The notes beneath the pieces were generated by a model that ran no database searches, was not told where the DNA came from, and saw nothing but the letters and a program-made list of their open reading frames with translations. From the NCBI GenBank assembly GCA_965248695.1, contig CBDFKD010000002.1, positions 3,904,001 to 3,968,000 of the forward strand: a DNA stretch of 64,000 nt. Direction: 5' to 3'. This document shows, one piece after another, positions 1 to 8,760 of this stretch (position 1 is its first letter; each line of letters starts with the position of its first letter). The position numbers were made by a program, and so were the translations under genes. Origin of the DNA: Acidobacteriota bacterium (GTDB lineage: Bacteria > Acidobacteriota > UBA890 > WLXD01).

Positions 1-2
1 TC

Positions 3-923
3 GATGCCGGGGGGCGCCTGTTCCCAGTGCACGACAAGCACAACCTGGCGAGCCCTAGTCCGGTGACCGACGGTGAGCGCGTGTACGCCTGGTTCGGCAC
101 CGGACAGATCGTTGCCTTGAGCATGAGCGGCGAGCAGGTCTGGCAGCGAGCCCTCGCCGAAGGTGGCGATAGCTTCAACATCGGCTGGGGGCACGCTAGC
201 TCTCCGACGCTCTATGGCGACTCGCTCATCCTGCAGTGCGACCACGGTCCGAGCGCCTACCTGCTGTGGCTCGAGGCGCACACGGGCGAGGAGCAGCGTC
301 GGGTGCGGCGTTCCTCATCGACCACGTCGTACAGCACGCCCTCCGTTGTCCCGGGGCCCGATGGCGACGAGCTCATCGTCAACGCCAGCCAGCGATTGGA
401 AGCCTACGATCCGACCAGCGGCGAGCTGCTCTGGCACACGGGCGCCAACAACAGCTTTCCGATCGGCGTGCCGACATACGCCGACGGCGTCCTGTACACC
501 AGCCGCGGCCACCGAAGCGGCCCCTATATGGCGATTCGGACGGGCGGCCGCGGCGATATCACCGACAGCCACGTGCTCTGGCGTGTTGCCACCGGGGCGC
601 CGTATGTGTCGTCGGTGCTGCTGTACCGCGGACGTGTCTACATGTCGAACGGCAGCGGCATCGTCAGTGCCGTCGAGGCGGCAACCGGCGAGCGCATCTG
701 GCAAGAGCGAGTCGGCGGGGTTTTCTCCGCCTCGCCGGTAGCGGGCGACGGCAAGGTATATTTCGTCAGTGAGGCGGGCGAGACGGTCGTGGTGGCCGCG
801 GGCGAAGCTCCGCGCGTGCTGAGCCGAAATCCGCTCGACGCGCGCGTCATTGCGTCACCCGCGATCTCCAATGGCCAGATCTTCATTCGCGCCGACCGAC
901 ACTTGATCGCGGTCGGCAACTGA
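3..923 (+). CDS. PQQ-like beta-propeller repeat protein (BamB-like), 5' partial
   Basis: Frame is open from the window edge. Repeated ASSP/SPV..DGKVY and 'G..LW' propeller motifs, ending in SPAISNGQIFIR. Confidence 0.85.
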   Translation, partial: DAGGRLFPVHDKHNLASPSPVTDGERVYAWFGTGQIVALSMSGEQVWQRALAEGGDSFNIGWGHASSPTLYGDSLILQCDHGPSAYLLWLEAHTGEEQRRVRRSSSTTSYSTPSVVPGPDGDELIVNASQRLEAYDPTSGELLWHTGANNSFPIGVPTYADGVLYTSRGHRSGPYMAIRTGGRGDITDSHVLWRVATGAPYVSSVLLYRGRVYMSNGSGIVSAVEAATGERIWQERVGGVFSASPVAGDGKVYFVSEAGETVVVAAGEAPRVLSRNPLDARVIASPAISNGQIFIRADRHLIAVGN

Positions 924-1023
924 CCGCGATCGGCGGCCGATCGCCCTCGCGTATCCGGCTTTTTCCCGCCGCGCGGCCCGTGTAATGTCTGCTGCCGTCA
1001 TTCCCTCGACTCGTGAGAAAGCC

Positions 1024-1364
1024 ATGTCGAACGAGCTGCGTGTTCCTGAACAGATCGCTCCACTCCATTTCCACAACGCGGCCCCGACGCCGTTCTTCGA
1101 GTGTCATTAGCGGTGTGCCAGGGCGGCAATCCGGTCGGTACCATCACGACCGGCGCCTGGTCACCGTACCTGGGTCACGGCACCGGCTACGTCCGGTTCA
1201 AGGAACCCGGTGGTTGGCTCGGCGCCACGGTGTCGGTGTCGGACGACGACGGGCAGATGCACGATGCCGAGGTGGTGGCGTTGCCGTTCTACGACCCTGA
1301 AAAGAAGATCTCCCGGGGGCTCGACACGAGAGTCCCGGCCGGACCGATTGCGGCCGAGGCCTAG
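1024..1364 (+). pseudogene. Internally deleted GcvT-family aminomethyltransferase paralog
   Basis: ATG 1024 gives MSNELR..PTPFFECH*, matching RTPFFPC of the next gene. A different frame then gives GAWSPYLGHGTGY..LPFYDPEKKISRGLD, matching the next gene's C-terminus. The catalytic core is absent. Confidence 0.75.
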
Positions 1365-1451
1365 CCGGCCGACCTTTGCGTACGACGTTCGCCGCTTGCA
1401 CCGTCGGGGACGCGTGCAGGCGCGGCCGACAACCATGAGCAGTGAGGAATC

Positions 1452-2639
1452 ATGAACGACCAGGACCGTGCCACCCGAGCCGACCCGCAGCACCTCGAAC
1501 CTGATATCAAGGTGATGGAATGGGGGTTCGCGCGCACGCCGTTCTTCCCGTGCACTTCCACCCCGGACACCGTCTACAGCGTCTACAGCGGCCGTCTCGC
1601 CATCGAGGCGATGGGCGACGATCCGGTAGCCAACTACTGGAAGCTACGGCGCGAGGCGGTGCTGTACGACGTGCCGGAGCACCCGATCGAGATTTCCGGG
1701 CCCGATGCAGAACGCCTGCTGAACCGGGTGTTCGTGCGCGATATTTCCAAGCTGAGGCCGGGACGCGCTAGCTACGGCATCGCCTGTTACCCCGATGGCG
1801 GCATCATGATGGACGGCGTGCTCATGCGACTCGCCGAGGATCGGTTCTGGTATGTCCTGGCGAACGGCGAGTTCTTCAGCTGGGTGATGGCACTTGGCCT
1901 CGAGATGGACGTGACCGTCAGCGACCCGGACTCGTGGGTGCTGCAGGTGCAGGGCCCGCGATCGCTCGAGGTGCTGGATACTGCGTGCGACGGTGGCGCG
2001 CCGGATCCATTCAAGTTCTTCGCCGTCACCGAGTGCACCATGGGCGGACAGCCGCTTTGGCTATCGCGCACTGGCTGGACGGGTGAGCTCGGCTGGGAGG
2101 TGTACACGATCGAGCCCGACGTCGATGGGCCGGCTTTGTGGAACCACATCCTCGAGGCCGGCAAGTCGTTCGACATGGTCGGTACGGCAATGGACTCGAT
2201 GGAGAGCCGCCGCATCGAGGCCGGCATTCTCAGCAACGGCAACGACATGACCCCGGCGCACAACCCGTTCCAGGCCGGCCTCGGCAAGTTCGTCGATATG
2301 GATAAGGAAGACTTCATCGGCAAGCAGGCGCTCGAGACTGCCGATCGAGGCTTGTTGCTCTATGGCATCAAGAGCTTGCAGGCAGCACCCTCCGGGGAGA
2401 TGGCGGTCGAGGGTCGGCGGGTCGGTCGGGTAATGGTCGGTGCCTGGTCGCCCTATCTGCAGCACGGCATAGGCTTCGCGATGTTCGACGAGCCGGGGGA
2501 ATGGCCTGGCACACAGGTCGAGGTGCAGGATCCGCAGGGCGCTTTCCAGGTCGGGGAGATCGTCATGCTGCCGTTCTATGACGCCGACAAGCAGATCCCG
2601 CGCGGTCTCGACCGGAGTATTCCGGAGGTACCGAGCTAG
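1452..2639 (+). CDS. GcvT-family folate-dependent aminomethyltransferase/demethylase (DmdA-like)
   Basis: IEISGPDA..LL, LQVQGPRS, SRTGWTGELGWE, RRIEAG, DKEDFIGK and LPFYD motifs. RBS GAGGA upstream. Confidence 0.85.
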   Translation: MNDQDRATRADPQHLEPDIKVMEWGFARTPFFPCTSTPDTVYSVYSGRLAIEAMGDDPVANYWKLRREAVLYDVPEHPIEISGPDAERLLNRVFVRDISKLRPGRASYGIACYPDGGIMMDGVLMRLAEDRFWYVLANGEFFSWVMALGLEMDVTVSDPDSWVLQVQGPRSLEVLDTACDGGAPDPFKFFAVTECTMGGQPLWLSRTGWTGELGWEVYTIEPDVDGPALWNHILEAGKSFDMVGTAMDSMESRRIEAGILSNGNDMTPAHNPFQAGLGKFVDMDKEDFIGKQALETADRGLLLYGIKSLQAAPSGEMAVEGRRVGRVMVGAWSPYLQHGIGFAMFDEPGEWPGTQVEVQDPQGAFQVGEIVMLPFYDADKQIPRGLDRSIPEVPS

Positions 2640-4144
2640 TCGGGTTCCACCCCCTCGTCCAGCAGTGCCATCAGGGGTTTCTTGACGGCGAACATCGCCA
2701 CCGCAACGAGTCCGCAGCCGACGGCGATCCCGCCGAACACCGCCAGTTCCCCGATCGATTGCGCCAACGCTCCCACCTGACCCGAGAGCCAGATCCCGAT
2801 CCCGCCGAGAAGCAGCCAGAGACCCATCATCGTGCCTGCCAGCCGCTCCGGTGCCTCGGCGCTGATGAACCCCAGCCCGATCGGAATGACCGCCAGCTGC
2901 CCGACGGTGACGATCCAGTAGTAGATCAGGGGCCAGAACAGATGCGTCTGCGTGCCAGGATTCAGTGCATGCTGAGACGCGGCGAAGGCCATACAGACGA
3001 AAGCGAGCGCGGTCATCAGCATTCCGATGGCCATCTTGCTCGGCGCCGAAACAGCTCCCCGTCGGTTCGAGGCCAGCTTCCACGTCCAGATCATGACCGG
3101 CCCCAACAGGATCACGAACAGCGACTGGGCGGAGTGGATCCACAGGGTCGGAACCTCGAACCCCCCAACCGTGCGGTCGGTCTTGTTTTCGACATAGAGG
3201 CTGAACAAGCCGCCCCATTGATCGAAGGCCACGAGGAAGAACAGGTAGCACATCGACAGCACCGCGATCGCGAGCACGCGATTCCGCTCAGGAGGCGTGA
3301 GCGCGAGCGAAAACGACTTTCGTTCGGCGGTCTCCGTCAAGGCTGGCCCCCCGTTCGACTCGAACGAAGCAACCAGCCGTAGCAACGCGGCGAACGCGGC
3401 AGCGGCCATGAAGGCCGTCGACAGCAGGGCCGCTCGCCAGCCAAATCGGGTCAAGAGGCCGCCGGCGATGAGCGCGCCGACGATGAACCCGAGGTTGAGC
3501 GCCATGAAAAACAGCGTGTACCCGGTTTCTCGTCGCGCCGGCTCGTCGGCGTACAGTACGCCGACGAGTGCGTACAGGCTGGGCATCAGCAGGCTATAGC
3601 TCCAGGCGAACAGCGCGATGCTCAGATAGAACGCGACGGTTGTGAGTCGGTAGGCCCGCCGAACCGCAAGCCGCAACGTCTCGTTCGCTTCGGCGGCGCC
3701 CAGCACCCGCTCCAGTCGTGCGTCCTCCTCCGAGCCCAGGCTGATTCTTCCAAGCGATACGTCGGCCTCGATGAGCACCTCCCGAACCGGGGCGTCGTAT
3801 ACGAAGCCCACAAGCTCGGGAATCGAGCTCGCGGCGCTGAACAACAGGATGGCGATCGTTCCGCCGGCCAGTCCCAGAATCGCGGCCCGTCGTTTACCGG
3901 TGAAGACGTCCGCGACCCAGCCGCCGATCATCGGCGCCAGGTGCACCACACCGCCAAAAAGGCCGTAGAGGCGGATCGCTTCGGCGCCCGACCAACCGAA
4001 ACCGTAGTCAAGCGGCGGGGTGGTCAGGAACAGGACGAGGTGTCCGATGATGCCGGCGTAGGCCGCGACGTACCACAGAGCGATGAACGACAAGACGAAG
4101 AGGACGCGCGGGTGGCCATAGAAAACCGTCTTGTCAGCGGTCAC
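2636..4144 (-). CDS. Proton-dependent oligopeptide transporter (POT/PTR, MFS)
   Basis: FYGHPR N-terminus, GGWVAD..GKRRA, GYTLFFMALNLG, DQWGG..SLY, APERLAGTMMG; many TM helices. Confidence 0.9.
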   Translation of the reverse strand: MTADKTVFYGHPRVLFVLSFIALWYVAAYAGIIGHLVLFLTTPPLDYGFGWSGAEAIRLYGLFGGVVHLAPMIGGWVADVFTGKRRAAILGLAGGTIAILLFSAASSIPELVGFVYDAPVREVLIEADVSLGRISLGSEEDARLERVLGAAEANETLRLAVRRAYRLTTVAFYLSIALFAWSYSLLMPSLYALVGVLYADEPARRETGYTLFFMALNLGFIVGALIAGGLLTRFGWRAALLSTAFMAAAAFAALLRLVASFESNGGPALTETAERKSFSLALTPPERNRVLAIAVLSMCYLFFLVAFDQWGGLFSLYVENKTDRTVGGFEVPTLWIHSAQSLFVILLGPVMIWTWKLASNRRGAVSAPSKMAIGMLMTALAFVCMAFAASQHALNPGTQTHLFWPLIYYWIVTVGQLAVIPIGLGFISAEAPERLAGTMMGLWLLLGGIGIWLSGQVGALAQSIGELAVFGGIAVGCGLVAVAMFAVKKPLMALLDEGVEPD

Positions 4145-5061
4145 TAACCGGAGGCCTGACCCGTTGACCCCGGCGTCTCACCGACGCACACGGCGCACGA
4201 CGGGTCGTTGGACTCGGCGAGAGCGCGATCTTCCTCGCTCTGGTACTGCGGGGTGTCGTGGCGTGGCAACCGCTGGTCGGCGCCGCGCTCGGCGGTTTCC
4301 TTCCACGCCTCGTCGTCGGTCCACTTGAACGGCAGCGTGACCGTGCCCGGTTCGCTCAGCGCCGTCAGGCCGGCGAGCGCGCTGGTGAGGATCTCGCGTT
4401 GCAGCTCCGGCTCACCCGGTTTTCCGGCGGTGTGCCCGAGTGGGTAGTCGAGGAAGGCGATGCGTGGCGGCCTGGTGGCCTGGATGATGTCGAGCGCGCT
4501 CGCCATGCACAGCGTGGAGATCCCGGCCGCCTCGATCTCCCGTGCGATCAGTCCGACGGACTGATGGCAAACCGGTCAGACGGGCACCAGCAGCGCCACG
4601 TCGACCTGGTTGGCGACGAGGCGCCGGGCCAGTTCGGGCGCGACCTCATCGCGTGCCCTTCGTGACGAGTAGATGCCGCCCATGAAGGTGTACGCGTTGT
4701 CGGCCAGCGCGCCGACAACGCCGTCCTCCACCAACCCTCGTAGCGTATCGATCGGGAAGACCACGTTCGGATCACGGCGCGCCGGGTCGAGATCGTAGGA
4801 AAAGTGTGTGGCGCGGAGATCCGCCGTGTCGACGTCCGTCGGAATCGTGCGGAACGAGACGTCGTCCTTGTAGTGGAAGGCGCGCTGGCCGGCAATGTAG
4901 ACGCCGCCGGAGGCGATCAATCCGAGGCGGCACTCCGACAGCGGCTTCTCGAGCGGTTGCCAGGGTGGAGGGTCTTCGACGCGGGTCCACTCGTAGATGC
5001 CGTAGCCGAGGGCAGCGTATTTCTCCCCGATGCGTGTTATGTACTCGATCGGCTCACTCAT
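4144..5061 (-). CDS. Selenoprotein of the glycine/sarcosine/betaine/D-proline reductase component B family (GrdB/PrdB-like), Sec at in-frame UGA 4576-4578
   Basis: The two track ORFs (4576..5325 and 4144..4506) are in the same frame. Read-through gives LLVPV-U-PVCHQSVGLIAREIEAAGISTLCM..RPPR..YPLGH. Upstream motifs KPLSECRLGLIASGG and DPNVVFPID..L are typical of the family. 305 aa from ATG 5061. Confidence 0.85.
4540..4578 (-). promoter_or_regulatory. Putative bacterial SECIS element
   Basis: Directly 3' of the UGA: CCG GUU UGC C AUCAGUCC-GUC-GGACUGAU C GCA CGG. Perfect 8-bp upper stem, G-starting loop 18 nt after the UGA, extendable lower stem. Confidence 0.7.
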
Positions 5062-5149
5062 CCGCGCGGCTCCAAGGCGGAGGACCGAAGCGTCACATGA
5101 AACGCGCCGCAAACCCCGCCGGTCGACGACTGCCCAGCGAGCGTATCGC

Positions 5150-6976
5150 ATGAAGCGCGTGAGAGGGGCAGTGTTGTTTGTCGCCACATTGGTGTTGTGC
5201 CCGAGCCACGGCCTGGCATCGTCGCCGGCGGTGACCGCGAGATCATCGGCACAGCGACACTCCGTGGTGGTCGCCAGGAACGTCGAGGCGGCGATGCGGG
5301 ATGGCACCGTACTGCGCGCCGACATCTACCGTCCCGATGCGCCGGGACGATTCCCGGCGCTGTTGCGCCGTACGCCGTACTCCAAGAACAGCGACGGATC
5401 GGCAGCGCGCTTTCGGCGGTTGAGTACGCACGGTTATGTCGTTGTGGTGCAGGATACCCGGGGTCGCTACGCCTCGGACGGAGTCGCGGTGCCGCACGAC
5501 GAGGCGACGGATGGTTACGACAGCATCGAATGGGTGGCGGCGTTGCCGTACGTCGACGGCAAGGTCGGCATGTACGGTGGCAGCTACCTGGCGACGACCC
5601 AGCTGATGGCCGCATCGCTGGCGCCGCCACACCTGACCGCGATCGCGCCGAGCTCGTCGTACTCGAGCCGCCACGACATGGTCTTTCAGGGTGGCGCCTT
5701 CTACCTGTCGGACGGGATGTACTGGAACCTGGGGCAAGCGGCGGACGTCCGTCGCCGGGCGGCCGGCGCGTCGTTCGAGGATCGCGACGGTCCGATCGGA
5801 TTGACCGGCGAAGAGCGTCGCAAGGTGCGCGAGGAGCTCCTCTGGCAGGTACCGCTGGCGTCGATGGGGGCGCTGGGCATCAAGGATCTCGCGCCCGGCT
5901 ATTTCCAGATGCTCGCTCACCCGAGCTACGACACGTTCTGGGAAACCTACGACATCGCCCGTCGCCATGGCAGCTTCGAGACTCCGGCCCTGCATGTTAC
6001 CGGCTGGTACGACACCCTGCTGCGCGGGACGCTGGAGAACTTCAGTGGGTTGCGTGCCAACGCCCGGACTCTGCGGGCCCGGGACGGTCAGCGGCTCGTG
6101 GTTGGCCCCTGGACCCATTCGGGGCCGACAATCGAGAGCACCAGCATCGGCGAGGTCGAGTTCGGTCCGGACGCCGGGATCGACTATGAGCAGCTGCTGC
6201 TGCGCTGGTACGACCATTGGCTCCGCGACGGTGATGCATCGGTTGTGGACGCGGCGCCGGTACGCATCTTCGTGATGGGGACCAATCGCTGGCGCGACGA
6301 AGCCGAATGGCCGCTGTCGCGGGCACGACCAGCGCGCTACTATCTTCACAGCGGCGGCGATGCGGCCGAGCGCGCTGATGACGGAGTGTTGAGCACCGAA
6401 CCCCCGGCTGAGGAGCCTCCGGATCGGTATGTCTACGATCCCTCCGATCCGGTGCCCACCGGTGCCGCCGGCGGATATTCGCGCGCGCCGGCGGACGCCT
6501 CGGCGATCGAGACGCGACCCGACGTGCTCGTATACACCAGCGCCGCGCTCGAACAGGATCTCGAGGTGACCGGCTATATCGAGCTTGTGCTCTGGATATC
6601 GTCATCGGCGCCGGATACCGACTTCACTGGCAAGCTCATCGACGTGGCCCCCGATGGGACCGCGCGGACGCTCACCGACGGTATCGCCCGGGCTCGTTAT
6701 CGCGATGGCAAGACGAGCCCGGAGCTGCTCTCGCCGGGCGTACCGGCGCGGCTGGCTATCGACCTGCTTGCCACCAGCAACGTTTTTCTCCGCGGCCACC
6801 GGATCCGGCTGGAGATCTCCAGCAGCAACTTTCCGCGATTCGATCGCAACCCCAATACCGGTGCTCCGTTTGGCACCGACGGCGAGTTGCGAAGCGCGAC
6901 GCAGAGCGTTTTTCACGATAGACAGCGAGCGTCCTACCTGCAGCTGCCGGTAGTGCCTAGCGACGAGTCCGGCTAG
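5150..6976 (+). CDS. CocE/NonD family serine hydrolase (peptidase S15 / PepX_C), secreted
   Basis: MRDGTVLRADIYRP, RTPY, QDTRGRYASDG, GGSYLA nucleophile motif, GWYD, GPWTH, SSNFPRFDRNPNTG; signal peptide. Confidence 0.9.
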   Translation: MKRVRGAVLFVATLVLCPSHGLASSPAVTARSSAQRHSVVVARNVEAAMRDGTVLRADIYRPDAPGRFPALLRRTPYSKNSDGSAARFRRLSTHGYVVVVQDTRGRYASDGVAVPHDEATDGYDSIEWVAALPYVDGKVGMYGGSYLATTQLMAASLAPPHLTAIAPSSSYSSRHDMVFQGGAFYLSDGMYWNLGQAADVRRRAAGASFEDRDGPIGLTGEERRKVREELLWQVPLASMGALGIKDLAPGYFQMLAHPSYDTFWETYDIARRHGSFETPALHVTGWYDTLLRGTLENFSGLRANARTLRARDGQRLVVGPWTHSGPTIESTSIGEVEFGPDAGIDYEQLLLRWYDHWLRDGDASVVDAAPVRIFVMGTNRWRDEAEWPLSRARPARYYLHSGGDAAERADDGVLSTEPPAEEPPDRYVYDPSDPVPTGAAGGYSRAPADASAIETRPDVLVYTSAALEQDLEVTGYIELVLWISSSAPDTDFTGKLIDVAPDGTARTLTDGIARARYRDGKTSPELLSPGVPARLAIDLLATSNVFLRGHRIRLEISSSNFPRFDRNPNTGAPFGTDGELRSATQSVFHDRQRASYLQLPVVPSDESG

Positions 6977-7022
6977 TGTTTCGGGCAGGGTCGGCCCAAC
7001 TGATTCCGGAGATGCGGAAACG

Positions 7023-8751
7023 ATGACAAGCCAGATGAGGCGGGGCGGAGGGCACGGCGTTCGAGGGTTCGCGTTGCTTGGGGTCGTGCTTGCCGCGGTC
7101 ATGGGTGCCGGCCCAGCTCAGACGTACGACGTCATCGTCCGCAACGGCCGTGTCCTGGACGGTTCCGGCAACCCCTTCTTCTATGCTGACGTCGGCATCC
7201 GCGGCGACGAGATCGTCGCGCTCGGTGACCTCGAAGGGGCGACCGCCGCGCGCGTCGTCGATGCCAGCGGCCACTATGTGACGCCTGGGTTCATCGGCCT
7301 TCACGAACACGTCGACAACGACATTCTCGCCGGCGCCAACCGGGTGACCAACTAACACGACGCAGGGCTTTACCACCCTGGTGATCAACGCCGACGGTCT
7401 GTTCGGCGGCATCTGGCCGCTGCGCGAGCAGCGTGAAGCGTTCGAGCGCATCGGCCATGCGCCCAATCTGGTGCCGCTCGTGGGACACGGTGTGGTGCGT
7501 CGTCTGGTGATGGGCGAGGAGCCCCACGAGGTGATGCGTCATGCCACGGGCGATGAGCTCGAGCGCATGCGGGCGCTGGTTCGCGAGGGGATGGAAGATG
7601 GCGCCTTCGGGCTGAGCACGGGGCTGGAGTACAACCCGATGCGCTACAGCTCCGAGGAGGAGCTGCAGGAGTTGGCCAAGGTGGTTGCCGAGTACGGCGG
7701 CCATTTCCAGGCCCACATGCGCAGCCAGGGGCGCTATTCGAAGTGGCTGCTGCCGAGCCACATGGATCACCCGACCCAGCGCCACGTCGACTGGCTCGAC
7801 GCCATCATGGAGGTTATCAACGTCGGTCGCGTGGCCGGCCTCCCGGTCATGCTCGACCACATCCACCCGAAGGGCCCGCGCGAGTGGGGTCTCAGCAAGG
7901 CGACGACGCAGCTGATCGACGGGGCATGGCAGGCCGGCCATCCGGTCTATATCAACATGCATTCCTACGAGGGCTACTCCGCCTATGTGACGCTGGTGCC
8001 ACGCTGGGCGCTGGCGCGCGAAGAGGTACCGGGGCAGAGCGCCTCCGACGATTTCCCGCCCGTGGACTACACCGACATGCTCGGCAACCTGCAGGAGCGG
8101 CTGCTCGACCCCGAGCTGAGAGAGATGATCCGCGCCGATGCCGAGTACGAGGCTATCCGGCAGGGCGGCGCCGACAACCTGATCATCGTCGACTTTCCCG
8201 ACGCGAGCTTCGTTGGCAAGACACTCGCCGAGGTTGTGGAGGAGCGCGGCGGCGACTTCTTCGAGACCGTCATCTGGCTGCAGATGAACGGTCTGGATCA
8301 GCCGGGCGGCGTGCTGTGGATGGCCAAGGCCGTCGGCATGATCGACATCGAGGAATGGATGCGGCAGGACTACACCGCCGTGTCACTCGACCGCGGCTCC
8401 GACGATGGCAGCCGCACCAGCAAGTCCACCCATCCGGGCGAGTACGGTACCTCGGGGCGCCTGTTGCGAGAGTTCGTGTTCAATCGAGGCACCATCACGC
8501 TGCCGCACGCCATCCGCTCGATGACCGGGCTCTCGGCTCAGATTCTCCGGCTCAGCGATCGAGGCCGCATCGCGGTGGGTCAGAAGGCAGACGTCGTGGT
8601 GTTCGATCCCGAGACGGTGCGCAGCGATGCCACCTACCTGAACCCCTACGTCTATCAGCAGGGCATGAGCTGGGTCTTGGTAAACGGCAGCTTCGTGGTC
8701 GATGAAGGTGAGCCAACCGTGGAGCTGCCGGGAGCGGTGCTCGAGCGATAG
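7023..8751 (+). pseudogene. N-acyl-D-amino-acid deacylase-like amidohydrolase, interrupted by a 1-nt insertion near 7354 (pseudogene or sequencing error)
   Basis: The N-terminal ORF has VRNGRVLDGSG..PGFIGLHEH. Removing one A at 7354 joins it as RVTNYTTQGFTTLVINADG to the ORF with GAFGLSTGLEY, HMRS and DRGRIAVGQKADVVVFDP. Confidence 0.8.
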
Positions 8752-8760
8752 GCTCGAACG

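Noticed and set aside
905-944. Overlapping inverted repeats GATCGCGGTC/GACCGCGATC and GCGATCGGC/GCCGATCGC at the end of the first gene
   Set aside because: No adjacent U-tract, and GC-rich hairpins are common here; cannot be called a terminator or switch.
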